The position numbers and the translations under genes were made by a program. This document shows positions 43,654-52,925 of a DNA stretch of 64,000 bases, piece after piece. Location: positions 1 through 64,000 of the forward strand of contig JAYUUN010000111.1 of the NCBI GenBank assembly GCA_043754535.1, in the 5' to 3' direction. Every line of letters begins with the position of its first letter. The first letter of the stretch is position 1. Source of the stretch: Chloroflexota bacterium (GTDB lineage Bacteria; Chloroflexota; Chloroflexia; QHBQ01). Below the pieces are notes generated by a model. That model had not been told where the DNA came from. It saw only the letters and a program-made list of their open reading frames with translations, and made no database searches.

Positions 43654-44487
43654 ATGAAGCGTATCTACTACTACCTGGCAGCCCTACTGCTGCCCTGCGC
43701 CTGCTGGCTGCTGGCGACCACGTATGCTGTTGCACCCTGGCTCGCCTGGGGGCGGCTGCTAGTGACGGCGGTGGCGGCCTCGCTGGTCGTGGCAGGCGGC
43801 TGGCTGTCTCTCCGTTCCCCCACTGATGCTAATCCCTTGCCCGCAGTGCTGCTGATAGCAGGGGGGGCTGCTGGGCTGGCAATCGCGGGCGGACAACCGC
43901 AGGGGGTGGCGGGTGGTCTCTTGCTATCAGCCAGCACAACCCTGCTGCTGCTAACCCTGGCGAGCAGCAAGGTGCAGCAGCCGGATCAGGCCCGCCCACA
44001 AGCTACGATCTACCTGCAAGCTGTGATCGGCAGTCTGCCTGGCGTGTGGCTGACAGGGCGGGCCGCACTGGGCGCGGGCGAGTGGCTGTCGGCGGCCTTG
44101 CTGCTGGTCGCGCCGCTGCTACTTGCCCTGGCTGTGCTGCGGAGTGGCAGAGTACTAGGGTGGGCGGGGCGGTTGCTAGCTGCTGTTGGACTGGGTCTGA
44201 CGCTGGTTAGTCCCTGGTTGGTGCAGGCACTCTTGCGCCCCTTCGTCAGCAGCCTGGAGGGGTTGCCTGCCTGGGCGAACCTAGACCTGCGCCCGATCAG
44301 CAGCGCAGAGGGGCAGGGGGGCTGGCCCAGCGGCCTCGGCCTGCTACCGCCTGCGGGCCAAATCGCTGGCCCTGGCGAAGGCTACCTGGCCGTGCTGGGG
44401 CTGGCGGTCAGTTTTGTTGCGCTGCTGGCGGTCGCCTGGCTGCTGCATCGTCTGCTGCGGGTGATGGGCGTGGGGAGGCAGCAGTGA
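43654..44487 (+). CDS. Leu/Ala-rich multi-pass membrane protein
   Basis: Long hydrophobic ORF; GTGA-coupled to next gene. Confidence 0.6.
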   Translation: MKRIYYYLAALLLPCACWLLATTYAVAPWLAWGRLLVTAVAASLVVAGGWLSLRSPTDANPLPAVLLIAGGAAGLAIAGGQPQGVAGGLLLSASTTLLLLTLASSKVQQPDQARPQATIYLQAVIGSLPGVWLTGRAALGAGEWLSAALLLVAPLLLALAVLRSGRVLGWAGRLLAAVGLGLTLVSPWLVQALLRPFVSSLEGLPAWANLDLRPISSAEGQGGWPSGLGLLPPAGQIAGPGEGYLAVLGLAVSFVALLAVAWLLHRLLRVMGVGRQQ

Positions 44488-45188
44488 GCGCATTTGCCAA
44501 CCTCGTTGGGGCACTGCTGCTGCGGGGTATCTGCGCGCTTGGCCTGTGCCTTGTGTTCGCCTTGCTGCTGCGACTACTCCCCCGCCTGACTACCAGCGAG
44601 CAGGGAGGGGAAAGCAGCGACAGTGGAGGGGAAAGCGAAGCGGTGATTGGCCTGACGGCCAGTGCGTTGTTGCTAGCGACCTTGCCGTTGCCCACGTTCG
44701 GGCTTGAGTTGCCGCTACTTGGGCTAGTGGTGGCGGGGCCGCTTTACGATCCGCTGCTGGCAATCTTGCTCTTGCCACTTGCCAGCCTCGGTTTGTGGCG
44801 TTCACGATTGTCAGCGGTAGAATGGCTGCGGGCCTACCTGCCCGCAGCAGTAGGCTTGCTGGCGGCCAACATTGCGCGGGGGGAGCAGGGATGGCTAGTG
44901 CGGCTGCTTGCGCTGGTCGCCTGCCTACCGTTGCTGCTGGCGGCTGGTGGGTGTGGGGGTGTGGGGGGAGGGCTGGCGGCGGGGGCAGGCTGGCTGGCGA
45001 TGGCAGGGCTGTTGCTGACCAGCCTGCTGCCTGGGGTTGGAGGGTCGCTAACGCTAGTGGGTCTTTACCTGGCGGTAGCCTTCGCCCTTGTCCCCCTGGC
45101 TCAGCTAGCGGCTCACCGCCTGCCAGCCGACAGCTACTTGTGGGTGGCAGCGTTGTTGGCAGGCTTGCTAGGTCTGCTGGCTACTTGA
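44484..45188 (+). CDS. Leu/Ala-rich multi-pass membrane protein
   Basis: Long hydrophobic ORF. Confidence 0.6.
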   Translation: MSAFANLVGALLLRGICALGLCLVFALLLRLLPRLTTSEQGGESSDSGGESEAVIGLTASALLLATLPLPTFGLELPLLGLVVAGPLYDPLLAILLLPLASLGLWRSRLSAVEWLRAYLPAAVGLLAANIARGEQGWLVRLLALVACLPLLLAAGGCGGVGGGLAAGAGWLAMAGLLLTSLLPGVGGSLTLVGLYLAVAFALVPLAQLAAHRLPADSYLWVAALLAGLLGLLAT

Positions 45189-45492
45189 GGCTCTCGAACT
45201 TATAACCGCTAGGCCAAACGCAGAGCGATTGTGGCTGCACCCAGCCCGCCGCAGAGCTATAGGAATTGCTTATGGCAGAGTAGCAAATTAGCCACCTCTA
45301 TAGGATTTGGCTCGGCTGTAAACAGCAGAGTAGCCTGAAGGCGCACTTTTGGCGAGGGAAAGACGGACGGCTGGAATTATCGGTGGCACTATACTTGAGA
45401 GTAGTCGCGAAGGGTAGCTGAGTCCTATGCAACGTGCAGGGGATTTCGGCTGAGATCAATCTAACCTGAGCAATCCTTAAGGAGGATTTTGA

Positions 45493-46071
45493 ATGAGCAA
45501 GCGCAATTACCTATTCGGCATGGCTGCCGTTATGCTGATGCTCGGCCTGCTGGCTGGCACTGGCAGCACCCTGGCTGCACCAGCACAGCAGGCCGCCACT
45601 GCAACTAGCACCACGATGATGACTGGCACCCCTGGCATGATGATGACTGGCACCCCTGGCATGATGATGACCGGCACCCCTGGCATGATGATGACCGGCA
45701 CCCCTGGCATGATGATGACTGGCACCCCTGGCATGATGATGACTGGTACCCCTGGCATGATGATGACTGGTACCCCTAGCATGATGATGACTGGTACCCC
45801 TAGCATGATGATGACTGGCACCGCCACGATGGGCGGCGGTATGATGATGGCTTCGCCCACCGCTGACATGATGATGATGGCCTCACCGACTGCGATGATG
45901 AGCGGTAGTGGCGATACGGCAGGTAACACCGCTGGCAACAGTGGTGGCAACTCGACCCTGCCAACTACTGGCGCGAGTGATGCAAGCGGCTTCTTCTGGC
46001 TGACTGTGCTTGCTCTGCTCGTGATCAGTGGCAGCTTCATGCTGCGCCGGGCCAGCAAGCAGGTTCGCTAA
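45493..46071 (+). CDS. Met-rich repeat surface protein with LPxTG sorting signal
   Basis: Signal peptide, (MMMTGTPG)n, LPTTG + TM + basic tail; TAAGGAGG RBS. Confidence 0.85.
   Translation: MSKRNYLFGMAAVMLMLGLLAGTGSTLAAPAQQAATATSTTMMTGTPGMMMTGTPGMMMTGTPGMMMTGTPGMMMTGTPGMMMTGTPGMMMTGTPSMMMTGTPSMMMTGTATMGGGMMMASPTADMMMMASPTAMMSGSGDTAGNTAGNSGGNSTLPTTGASDASGFFWLTVLALLVISGSFMLRRASKQVR
45613..45822 (+). repeat. 24-nt tandem repeat, about 9 copies
   Basis: ATGATGATGACYGGYACCCCTRGC. Confidence 0.95.
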
Positions 46072-46085
46072 ACAAAGCTACAAGC

Positions 46086-46121
46086 GGGGGAGCCAGGCAC
46101 CAGTGCCTGGCTCCCCTTTTA
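46086..46121 (+). terminator. Intrinsic terminator
   Basis: GGGGAGCCAGGCAC-CA-GTGCCTGGCTCCCC-TTTT. Confidence 0.8.
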
Positions 46122-46219
46122 TGTGTTGGTGGCACCTTTCTTGAGGTGACGAACAGGCTAACGCGCCGATATGGTACACTGTACATAGTGAAATAGGTAG
46201 CACACAAGGAGGATCAGAT

Positions 46220-47458
46220 ATGCAGAAGCGAAGTTTGGTCGCAACGGTCGGGGCCATGGCCCTTACCCTCGCCCTGGTCAGCGTCGCCGCCGCGCAGGTA
46301 TGGGCTAGCCCCCTCGCCCAGTACCAAGACCCTGGCTCAGCCACGGGCAATATCGCGGGCAACAGTGATATTACGCTCAAGTCGCCTGGCACAGGAGCCA
46401 GCATTGCGGGGGATCGCATCCTGGTCAGCGTGCAGGTCAGTGGCCTGAAGCTGGATGGTGTACAGATCAACAAGCCGAACCAGGAGGGCGTAGGCCATTG
46501 GCACGTCTACGTTGACGACAAGTATGCAGGCCTGAGCGTCAGCGACCTCGTGAGCGTGCCGAACGACGCACTAACCAGGATCAGCAAGGGCCAGCACAAG
46601 ATCGCAGTCGAACTGCACGGCAACGACCACAGTGCAGTAGCAGGCAGTAGCCGCAAGGAAGTGACGATCAATGTCGAGAACGACATGAGCTACGACCCCG
46701 GCACTGGTAGCCCGGCGATCAGCTTTGTCAGCCCTACTGACAACGCTGGTACCAACATCAGGGTAGAGGTCAAGGTCAAGGTTAGCGGCTTCAAGATGGA
46801 TGGCGTGCAGATCAACAAGCCGAACCAGCCGGGTGTAGGCCACTGGCACCTCTATGTGGACGACAAGTACGCAGGCCTGAGCGTCAGTGACTACCTGAGC
46901 ATCCCCAACGATGCTTACCCCAATCTGCTACCTGGCAAGCACAAGCTGGCGGTTGAATTGCACGGCAACGACCACAGCCCAGTAACCGGCGTGACCAGCC
47001 AGACGATCATGGTTGACATAGCTCCTGCTGGGCCAACCGCCGTTCCCGCCACCGCAACGGGGGCAATGATGGCCTCGCCCAGCCCGATGATCACTGGTAC
47101 GGCTACCAGTAGCATGATGATCACCGGCACGGCCACGATGGGCGGCGGCATGATGGTCACTGGCACTGCTACCAGCACGGTAGCTACTCCAGCAGTTGCG
47201 ATAGACAGCAGCATGGTACCAAGTACGCCAACTGCGGCGATGGGTGGCGGCATGATGGCTACCCCTACGACAGCCTTCACTGTGGTGGCGGTGCCGACCA
47301 ACTCGCTGCCTACACCCACTGCTGTCACTGCTGGCCGCGCCCCTGGCTTGCCGCGTACGGGTGCAGCCGACAGTGGTTGGCTGCTCTGGGTGAGCATCAT
47401 TGCGCTGTTGGCCTTTGCAGGCAGCCTGCTGCTCCGCAACCGCAGCCGGGGAGTCTAA
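46220..47458 (+). CDS. LPxTG surface protein with two His-motif beta-sandwich domains and a Met/Thr-rich stalk
   Basis: Duplicated GHWHxYVDD...HKxAVELHGNDHS; LPRTG + TM + basic tail. Confidence 0.8.
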   Translation: MQKRSLVATVGAMALTLALVSVAAAQVWASPLAQYQDPGSATGNIAGNSDITLKSPGTGASIAGDRILVSVQVSGLKLDGVQINKPNQEGVGHWHVYVDDKYAGLSVSDLVSVPNDALTRISKGQHKIAVELHGNDHSAVAGSSRKEVTINVENDMSYDPGTGSPAISFVSPTDNAGTNIRVEVKVKVSGFKMDGVQINKPNQPGVGHWHLYVDDKYAGLSVSDYLSIPNDAYPNLLPGKHKLAVELHGNDHSPVTGVTSQTIMVDIAPAGPTAVPATATGAMMASPSPMITGTATSSMMITGTATMGGGMMVTGTATSTVATPAVAIDSSMVPSTPTAAMGGGMMATPTTAFTVVAVPTNSLPTPTAVTAGRAPGLPRTGAADSGWLLWVSIIALLAFAGSLLLRNRSRGV

Positions 47459-47481
47459 TCGAGAGGTAAGCAGCAGAAGCC

Positions 47482-47514
47482 GAGGCACCCTACCAAATGG
47501 TAGGGTGCCTCTTT
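47482..47514. terminator. Bidirectional terminator
   Basis: GAGGCACCCTACCA-AA-TGGTAGGGTGCCTC-TTT. Confidence 0.75.
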
Positions 47515-47548
47515 GCAGCATAGCAGCAACTACGGTGGCTGAACTGGG

Positions 47549-48943
47549 TTAGAAGCCGAGCTTCTCGCGCAGGGCAGGCAGCAGTTCGGGGATCGCCACC
47601 CGAATCTGGCTCATACTATCGCGCTCGCGGATTGTTACCGCGTTGTCGGTCAGGCTGTCGAAGTCAATCGTCACGCAGAGTGGCGTGCCGATCTCATCCT
47701 GACGGCGGTAACGCTTGCCGATGCTCTGCGACTCGTCGTACATAGTCATGTACTGAGCGCGCACTGCTGCGTGAACCTGCTTCGCCAGAGGGGTGAGCGT
47801 ATCCTTCTTGCTCAGGGGCAGGATTGCTACCTTGATCGGAGCGATACGGGGATGGAGGCGCAAGACCACGCGGGTCTCGTCCTTGTCTGGCTCCTCGGCG
47901 TAGCTATCGATCAGGAAGGTGAGCAGGGCGCGGTTCAGACCCAGGGCTGGCTCTACCACATAAGGCAGGTAACGCTCCTTCGCTTCCTCATCAAAGTAGC
48001 TGAGGTCGCGACCACTGGCGGTCTGGTGACTACGCAGGTCGAAGTCGGTGCGGTCTGCAATGCCCATTAGTTCGCTCCAGCCGATGGGGAACAGGTACTC
48101 CACGTCGTAGGTACCGTTGGAGTAGTGGGCCAATTCTTCCTGGTCGTGTTCGCGCAGGCGCAGGCGGTCACGGCTGACCCCCAGGTTGGTAAACCACTCG
48201 AAGCAGGTGGCGGCCCAGTAGTTAAGCCAGGCCACATCCTCACCCGGCTTGACGAAGAACTCCATCTCCATCTGCTCAAACTCGCGGGTGCGGAAGATGA
48301 AGTTGCCGGGGGTAATCTCGTTGCGGAAGCTCGTTCCCTGTTGGGCGATGCCGAAAGGCAGCTTGCGGCGCATTGTCTGCTGCACATTAACGAAGTTGGT
48401 GAAGATACCCTGGGCCGTCTCTGGCCGCAGGTAGGCAACGGCAGCATCCTCCTCAACCGGGCCGACGAAGGTCTTGAACATAAGATTGAACTGGCGGGGT
48501 TCAGTCAGGCTACACTGCTTGTCCTCACCGGGGTGAACCTTACTGTTCAACCCACACTGGCTGTCGGGGATGTGGTCGGCACGGAAGCGCAGCTTGCAGG
48601 TGCGGCAATCCACCAGCAGGTCGCTGAAGCCAGCACTGAGGTGGCCGCTAGCCTCCCAGGTGCGCGGGTGCTGCAAGATAGCGGAGTCGAGGCCCACCAT
48701 GTCATCGCGCCCTTGCACCAGCCAACGCCACCACTCGGCGCGGATGTTGCGCTTCATCTCCGTCCCCAGCGGGCCGTAATCCCAGGTGCTGGCGAAGCCA
48801 CCATAAATCTCACCAGTCTGAAAGACGAAGCCGCGTCGCTTGGCAAGGGAGATGATCACATCCATCGTGGTGGTAGCCTGGGCGGCCTCGTTGGTTTCCA
48901 GGTAGCCAGCCAGCTTGCTCTGGTAATCTACAGTGCTATCCAA
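47549..48943 (-). CDS. glyQS: Glycine--tRNA ligase (homodimeric type)
   Basis: DYGPLG, YLRPETAQG, FRNEITPGNFIFRTREFEQMEME, IGKRYRRQDEIGTP; TTG after AAGGAGG. Confidence 0.96.
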   Translation of the reverse strand: MDSTVDYQSKLAGYLETNEAAQATTTMDVIISLAKRRGFVFQTGEIYGGFASTWDYGPLGTEMKRNIRAEWWRWLVQGRDDMVGLDSAILQHPRTWEASGHLSAGFSDLLVDCRTCKLRFRADHIPDSQCGLNSKVHPGEDKQCSLTEPRQFNLMFKTFVGPVEEDAAVAYLRPETAQGIFTNFVNVQQTMRRKLPFGIAQQGTSFRNEITPGNFIFRTREFEQMEMEFFVKPGEDVAWLNYWAATCFEWFTNLGVSRDRLRLREHDQEELAHYSNGTYDVEYLFPIGWSELMGIADRTDFDLRSHQTASGRDLSYFDEEAKERYLPYVVEPALGLNRALLTFLIDSYAEEPDKDETRVVLRLHPRIAPIKVAILPLSKKDTLTPLAKQVHAAVRAQYMTMYDESQSIGKRYRRQDEIGTPLCVTIDFDSLTDNAVTIRERDSMSQIRVAIPELLPALREKLGF

Positions 48944-48974
48944 AGTTGTGCCTCCTTGTGGTGAGGGCAAAATA

Positions 48975-49212
48975 GGCATGAAGATGCCCTTGCGCCCCTC
49001 GGATTAGTTACAATCCGGGGACGAAGGGCCATGATAGCATGGCTTCGCGGTTCCACCCCGGTTGACACGCCGTGGGCGCGCCCCCTCGCTTTGCCAGCGT
49101 CAGCCTGCTCTGGGATGCCCTTCAGCAGCGGCCTGGCCGAACGGACTTGCAGCGGGTGTCCGTCTCTCTGGCGGCTGGCTTGCCTGCCTACTATCTTCCC
49201 TTCAACGCCGCG
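48975..49212 (-). promoter_or_regulatory. T-box riboswitch (Gly) upstream of glyQS
   Basis: GGTGGAACCGCG T-box at 49057-49046 pairing with CTTCGTCCC; stem I with AGTAG, AGAGA and specifier GAAG-GGC-A; terminator hairpin. Confidence 0.9.
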
Positions 49213-49239
49213 ACCTGGCGGTATGCACCTGTCGCCGCT

Positions 49240-49301
49240 ATTATAGGCGAAGGGCAGGAAGGGTGTCAAGGGTTGACGGCGTGCAGCTAAATCAGTATAA
49301 T
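49240..49301. promoter_or_regulatory. Back-to-back sigma70 promoters for glyQS (-) and tRNA-Arg (+)
   Basis: Minus: TTGACA-18-TATAAT (49269-49240); plus: TTGACG-17-TATAAT (49273-49301). Confidence 0.8.
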
Positions 49302-49309
49302 CTAACCAC

Positions 49310-49381
49310 GCGCCTGTAGCTCAGTGGATAGAGCATCGGTCTTCGGAACCGAGAGCGCAGGTTCGATCCCTGTCAGGCGCA
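49310..49381 (+). tRNA. tRNA-Arg (anticodon TCG)
   Basis: Acceptor GCGCCTG/CAGGCGC, anticodon arm TCGGT-CTTCGGA-ACCGA, GGTTCGATCC; CCA not encoded. Confidence 0.95.
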
Positions 49382-49458
49382 CCCAAAACAGTAGCGAGCA
49401 GCCACCCTGCGGCAAGCAAGGTGGCTGCTTTGTGGTCTAACCGGGCTGCGGCTTTGGC

Positions 49459-51207
49459 TTACTGCCCGCAACCGTTCGCGTTGGCTACGCAGACCAGCTT
49501 GGCGGTCTCGCCACGAGTGATGAAGGAGCCAGGGCGGAAGCTAGGGTCGTCATTGGCATTCGCTCCGTTCGTCCGCGCCGTCTCGATGTAGCGGTAGGCC
49601 CAGTAGCTGGCTGGCACGTCAGCATAGCTAGCAGTAGCCGGGTTGAGCAGCGTCCAGCTAGAGGCGGCTACTGCCAGCTTGGTCGCCTCGGCGCGGGTGA
49701 TCGTCCCATTGGGGCGGAAGCAGACATCGCCACCGCACTGGGCTGCCGTGTAGCCGCTGATCGCGCCGTTGTTGTAGGCGGTCTCGATTGTGTTGTAGAA
49801 GATATTGCTGGTAGGTACATCGGTAAAGTGGGGGCCACCAGCGGCGTTGGTCGGCCAACCCTTCGCCAGTACCAACATCTTGCTATACTCGCCACGCCGC
49901 ACGTTGTTGTTGGGCAGGAAGCAAGGAGCTTTGTTGCTGGGGCATTGGCTGGGGTCGGTGAAGCCAGCGATGATGTTGCGGTCGCGCATGAACTCGACGT
50001 AGTAGAAGGGAAACTCAATGCGGCTGTCCGCGTCCTGCGCCAACACGTCATTGAATACGCCCAGCTTGAAGTTGCGCGTCCAGGGGTTACTGGGGATGGC
50101 AGCAAAACTGCTTACGTTTGTAGCATAGCCCTGCGCCGCAGCCTGGAAGTAGTAGCTGTTTGTGCTGCCCATGCCAGTGAAGTTGTAGCGACCGTCGCTG
50201 CCAACGAAGGTAGAGCGGTAGTGACCAGGGTCGGCTTGCTCAAAGGCTTGCACGTTCGCGCCGTTGATCGCGGTCAATGTGTAGTCACGGGCCAGGCCAC
50301 TGATCGTCAGGGGGCCGTTGTTGAGGCTAAAGTTGACGGTCAGCGTGCCACTACCAAGCTGGCGGTTGAAGTAGACCAGACCAGGGTAGCTGGTAGCCCC
50401 GCTCTGAAACTCGCCCAGGTGTACGTCGTAGCCACCGGCTGAGAGAGAACAGGTGTAATCACCGTTGCTGTTGGTAGCAGTTGGGCAGGTGTCACTGCCG
50501 CTAGAGCCACCAGATGGATTGATGAATATGCTTGCGTTGACCGCTGGTGCGCCGCCAGGCAGTGTAACCCGCCCTGCAATGTGGCTGCCACTCTGACCAA
50601 GCGGCACATTGAAGGTGTTGCTACCCGCGTTGATCGTGACTGGGAAGAAGGGGTTGCCATAGTTGCTGCCCGCTGGTGGAAAGGCGTGTATGTAGTAGAT
50701 ACGGCCAGGGGCGATCCGATCCATGCTGTACACCCCGTTCGAGCCAGTACTCTGAAGGGTGTTGGACCAGCCATCATGCACATCACTATCCAGCAACAGG
50801 CCAACCCCTGCTATCCGTGCGCCCGTGCCAGCATCGTAGACGTAGCCAGTGAGGGTGGCAGGGTTGCTAACCAATGTGAAGTTCTGCGTGGTGGTGCCGC
50901 TACCAACCTGCACCCCGTAACGATGAGCGTTGGCATAACCGCTACCTGCTGACGGGGCAGCCACGACATTGTAGGCACCTGCCGTTACGTTGCCGACTGT
51001 GTAGTTGCCGCTGCTGTCGGTGTTGGCTGAGTAAAAGGTCGCGCCAAAGTTGACGACGATCTGCACCCCGTTGATGCCGCTCCCACCAGCGTTGGTGACG
51101 CGGCCACTCAAGGTTCCGGCTAGGGGGGCAGCAGCTAGCTGCGAACTGCTCAAGGTGAGGAGGAGGACGGCAGCCGTAACCCAGGCCGCAAACGATCTTT
51201 TCATCAT
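49459..51207 (-). CDS. Secreted protein with carboxypeptidase-regulatory-like domains and C-terminal SLH domains
   Basis: Signal peptide; repeated LSGRVT...G domains; FTDVP, FRPNGTITRAE, FRPGSFITRGE SLH motifs. Confidence 0.85.
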   Translation of the reverse strand: MMKRSFAAWVTAAVLLLTLSSSQLAAAPLAGTLSGRVTNAGGSGINGVQIVVNFGATFYSANTDSSGNYTVGNVTAGAYNVVAAPSAGSGYANAHRYGVQVGSGTTTQNFTLVSNPATLTGYVYDAGTGARIAGVGLLLDSDVHDGWSNTLQSTGSNGVYSMDRIAPGRIYYIHAFPPAGSNYGNPFFPVTINAGSNTFNVPLGQSGSHIAGRVTLPGGAPAVNASIFINPSGGSSGSDTCPTATNSNGDYTCSLSAGGYDVHLGEFQSGATSYPGLVYFNRQLGSGTLTVNFSLNNGPLTISGLARDYTLTAINGANVQAFEQADPGHYRSTFVGSDGRYNFTGMGSTNSYYFQAAAQGYATNVSSFAAIPSNPWTRNFKLGVFNDVLAQDADSRIEFPFYYVEFMRDRNIIAGFTDPSQCPSNKAPCFLPNNNVRRGEYSKMLVLAKGWPTNAAGGPHFTDVPTSNIFYNTIETAYNNGAISGYTAAQCGGDVCFRPNGTITRAEATKLAVAASSWTLLNPATASYADVPASYWAYRYIETARTNGANANDDPSFRPGSFITRGETAKLVCVANANGCGQ

Positions 51208-51436
51208 GCGCTTCCTTCTATCTATGGCAGGTGCAACCCTAAGCAAGCAGATCACCCTGCACAAGTAAGACACTAGAAGCTAACAGTAGCAGATCGTGGC
51301 AGCACTGTCCAGTTTGTCGGGTAGCCAATTTGGGCTAGTTCGCGTCATGTACTTCGATCCTTTGGCGTAAGAGCCACCAATTGCGCCAATGCAAAGTGAA
51401 GGGGCCAAGACCTCACAGCCGTACTCCCCACCTTGC

Positions 51437-51465
51437 TTGACAACACAAGTCTTAGCCTTTATACT
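51437..51465 (+). promoter_or_regulatory. sigma70 promoter
   Basis: TTGACA-17 nt-TATACT. Confidence 0.7.
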
Positions 51466-51511
51466 TCGCCCTGAAAACATCTTATACCTCAGTCATAACA
51501 AGGGGAAGTGA

Positions 51512-52774
51512 ATGCAGAAGATCACGCACCGCATGATTAAGGATTACCTTAATACCTTTGAGTGGTTCCGTGAACCAGCCAAGCAGGGCTATCTGGCTAC
51601 AGCAGTAGATCGCTTCGCCCACACCCTCAACCTGATCCCACGCTTGCCCAATCCAGAGAGCATAAAGGTGCTTGAGATTGGCGGTCTTCCCTACTTCATG
51701 ACCGTGCTGATCAAGAAGTTCCTGGGCTACGAGGTGCAGGTTGTCAACGAGCCAACCTGGGAGCGGGGAGAGGAAGGCAACCACGAAGTTCTGATCAATG
51801 ATCAGGGTGAAACCTTTGACATCCGCTACAAGACGATGAATATTGAGTATGACCACTGGCCCTGGCCGGATCAGAGCTTTGACATAGTGCTTTACTGCGA
51901 GGTTATCGAGCATCTGGTCTATGACCCCACCCACACGCTGGTTGAGGCGCACCGGGTACTAAAGAAGGATAGTGGCAAATTGCTGATCAGCACACCGAAC
52001 GCCCTCTCCTATGTTGATCTGCTCAAGATGCTCCGTGGGGTAAACTCCTTCCCGCCATATAGCGGTTATAGCCACTATGCGCGCCACCACCGCCTGTTCA
52101 GCACTGATGAACTGATCTACCTCACCCACAAGGCTGGCTACGAGGTACACACCTGCTACTCTGCCTACGACAAGACTTACTTCCACCCAAAACGACTTAA
52201 TCGCCTGGTCAAGCTGATGATCCGTGCAGGGCTGCTGAAAAAGAGGCTGGATGTAATCTACCTGCTGGCGACCCCTACCGGCAAGGCACACTACTTCTAC
52301 CCAAATAGCCTCCCCTTCATTCTCTACCAGGATGTGCATGGCTACCGTCGCATCTTCAGCAGCAGCGTAGCAATGGCAGACGAGGAAACCTCGCAACTTG
52401 TAGAGGGTTTCCATGGATTGGAACAGTGGGGGGGTGGCGTGCGCTGGACAGCCAAACAGGCAGCCCTATTCCTCAAGCACGATGACCAACAATGGCTTAC
52501 CGCTACCTTCTACAGCGGTAGTGCCGAATGGGGGCCAGAGGTGAGCGGCTGTGTCAGGATCGGCGATCAGCACCATCTAGCCGAACAGAGCCACCCTTTT
52601 AGCGTACCTCGCAACAGCTGGCAGACGCTGATCCTCCCGGTGCCTGCCGATGCACCTGCTGAATTGCTGGTTACGTTTGACATTGACAATCCTGTGGTGC
52701 CAGCCCAGCTAGACCATGCCACGATAGACAATCGCATCCTCGGCCTGGCAGTTCAGAAGGTAGAACTGCTGTAG
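51512..52774 (+). CDS. Class I SAM-dependent methyltransferase with C-terminal beta domain
   Basis: VLEIGG, FDIVLYCEVIEHL, HRVLKKDSGKLLISTPN; C-terminal RWT...DNRILGLAV. Confidence 0.85.
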   Translation: MQKITHRMIKDYLNTFEWFREPAKQGYLATAVDRFAHTLNLIPRLPNPESIKVLEIGGLPYFMTVLIKKFLGYEVQVVNEPTWERGEEGNHEVLINDQGETFDIRYKTMNIEYDHWPWPDQSFDIVLYCEVIEHLVYDPTHTLVEAHRVLKKDSGKLLISTPNALSYVDLLKMLRGVNSFPPYSGYSHYARHHRLFSTDELIYLTHKAGYEVHTCYSAYDKTYFHPKRLNRLVKLMIRAGLLKKRLDVIYLLATPTGKAHYFYPNSLPFILYQDVHGYRRIFSSSVAMADEETSQLVEGFHGLEQWGGGVRWTAKQAALFLKHDDQQWLTATFYSGSAEWGPEVSGCVRIGDQHHLAEQSHPFSVPRNSWQTLILPVPADAPAELLVTFDIDNPVVPAQLDHATIDNRILGLAVQKVELL

Positions 52775-52790
52775 GTAAGCCTGATCTTCA

Positions 52791-52925
52791 CTTGACATTC
52801 GGCTCGATATAGGCTGATATTCAAGTTAGGATTCATGCGTGGCCGCCAGGTGGCTAATCTGGAACAAGGTGAGAGATTAGCAATCGAGCAGGGCCGCAGC
52901 CAGACTGATGCGCTGGCTCTAGCTG
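52791..52925 (+). repeat. Degenerate copy of the ArsR promoter and 5' end
   Basis: Direct repeat of 53838-53987. Confidence 0.85.

Noticed and set aside
45613..45822. Possible CRISPR array
   Set aside because: Contiguous in-frame coding repeats with no spacers and no cas genes
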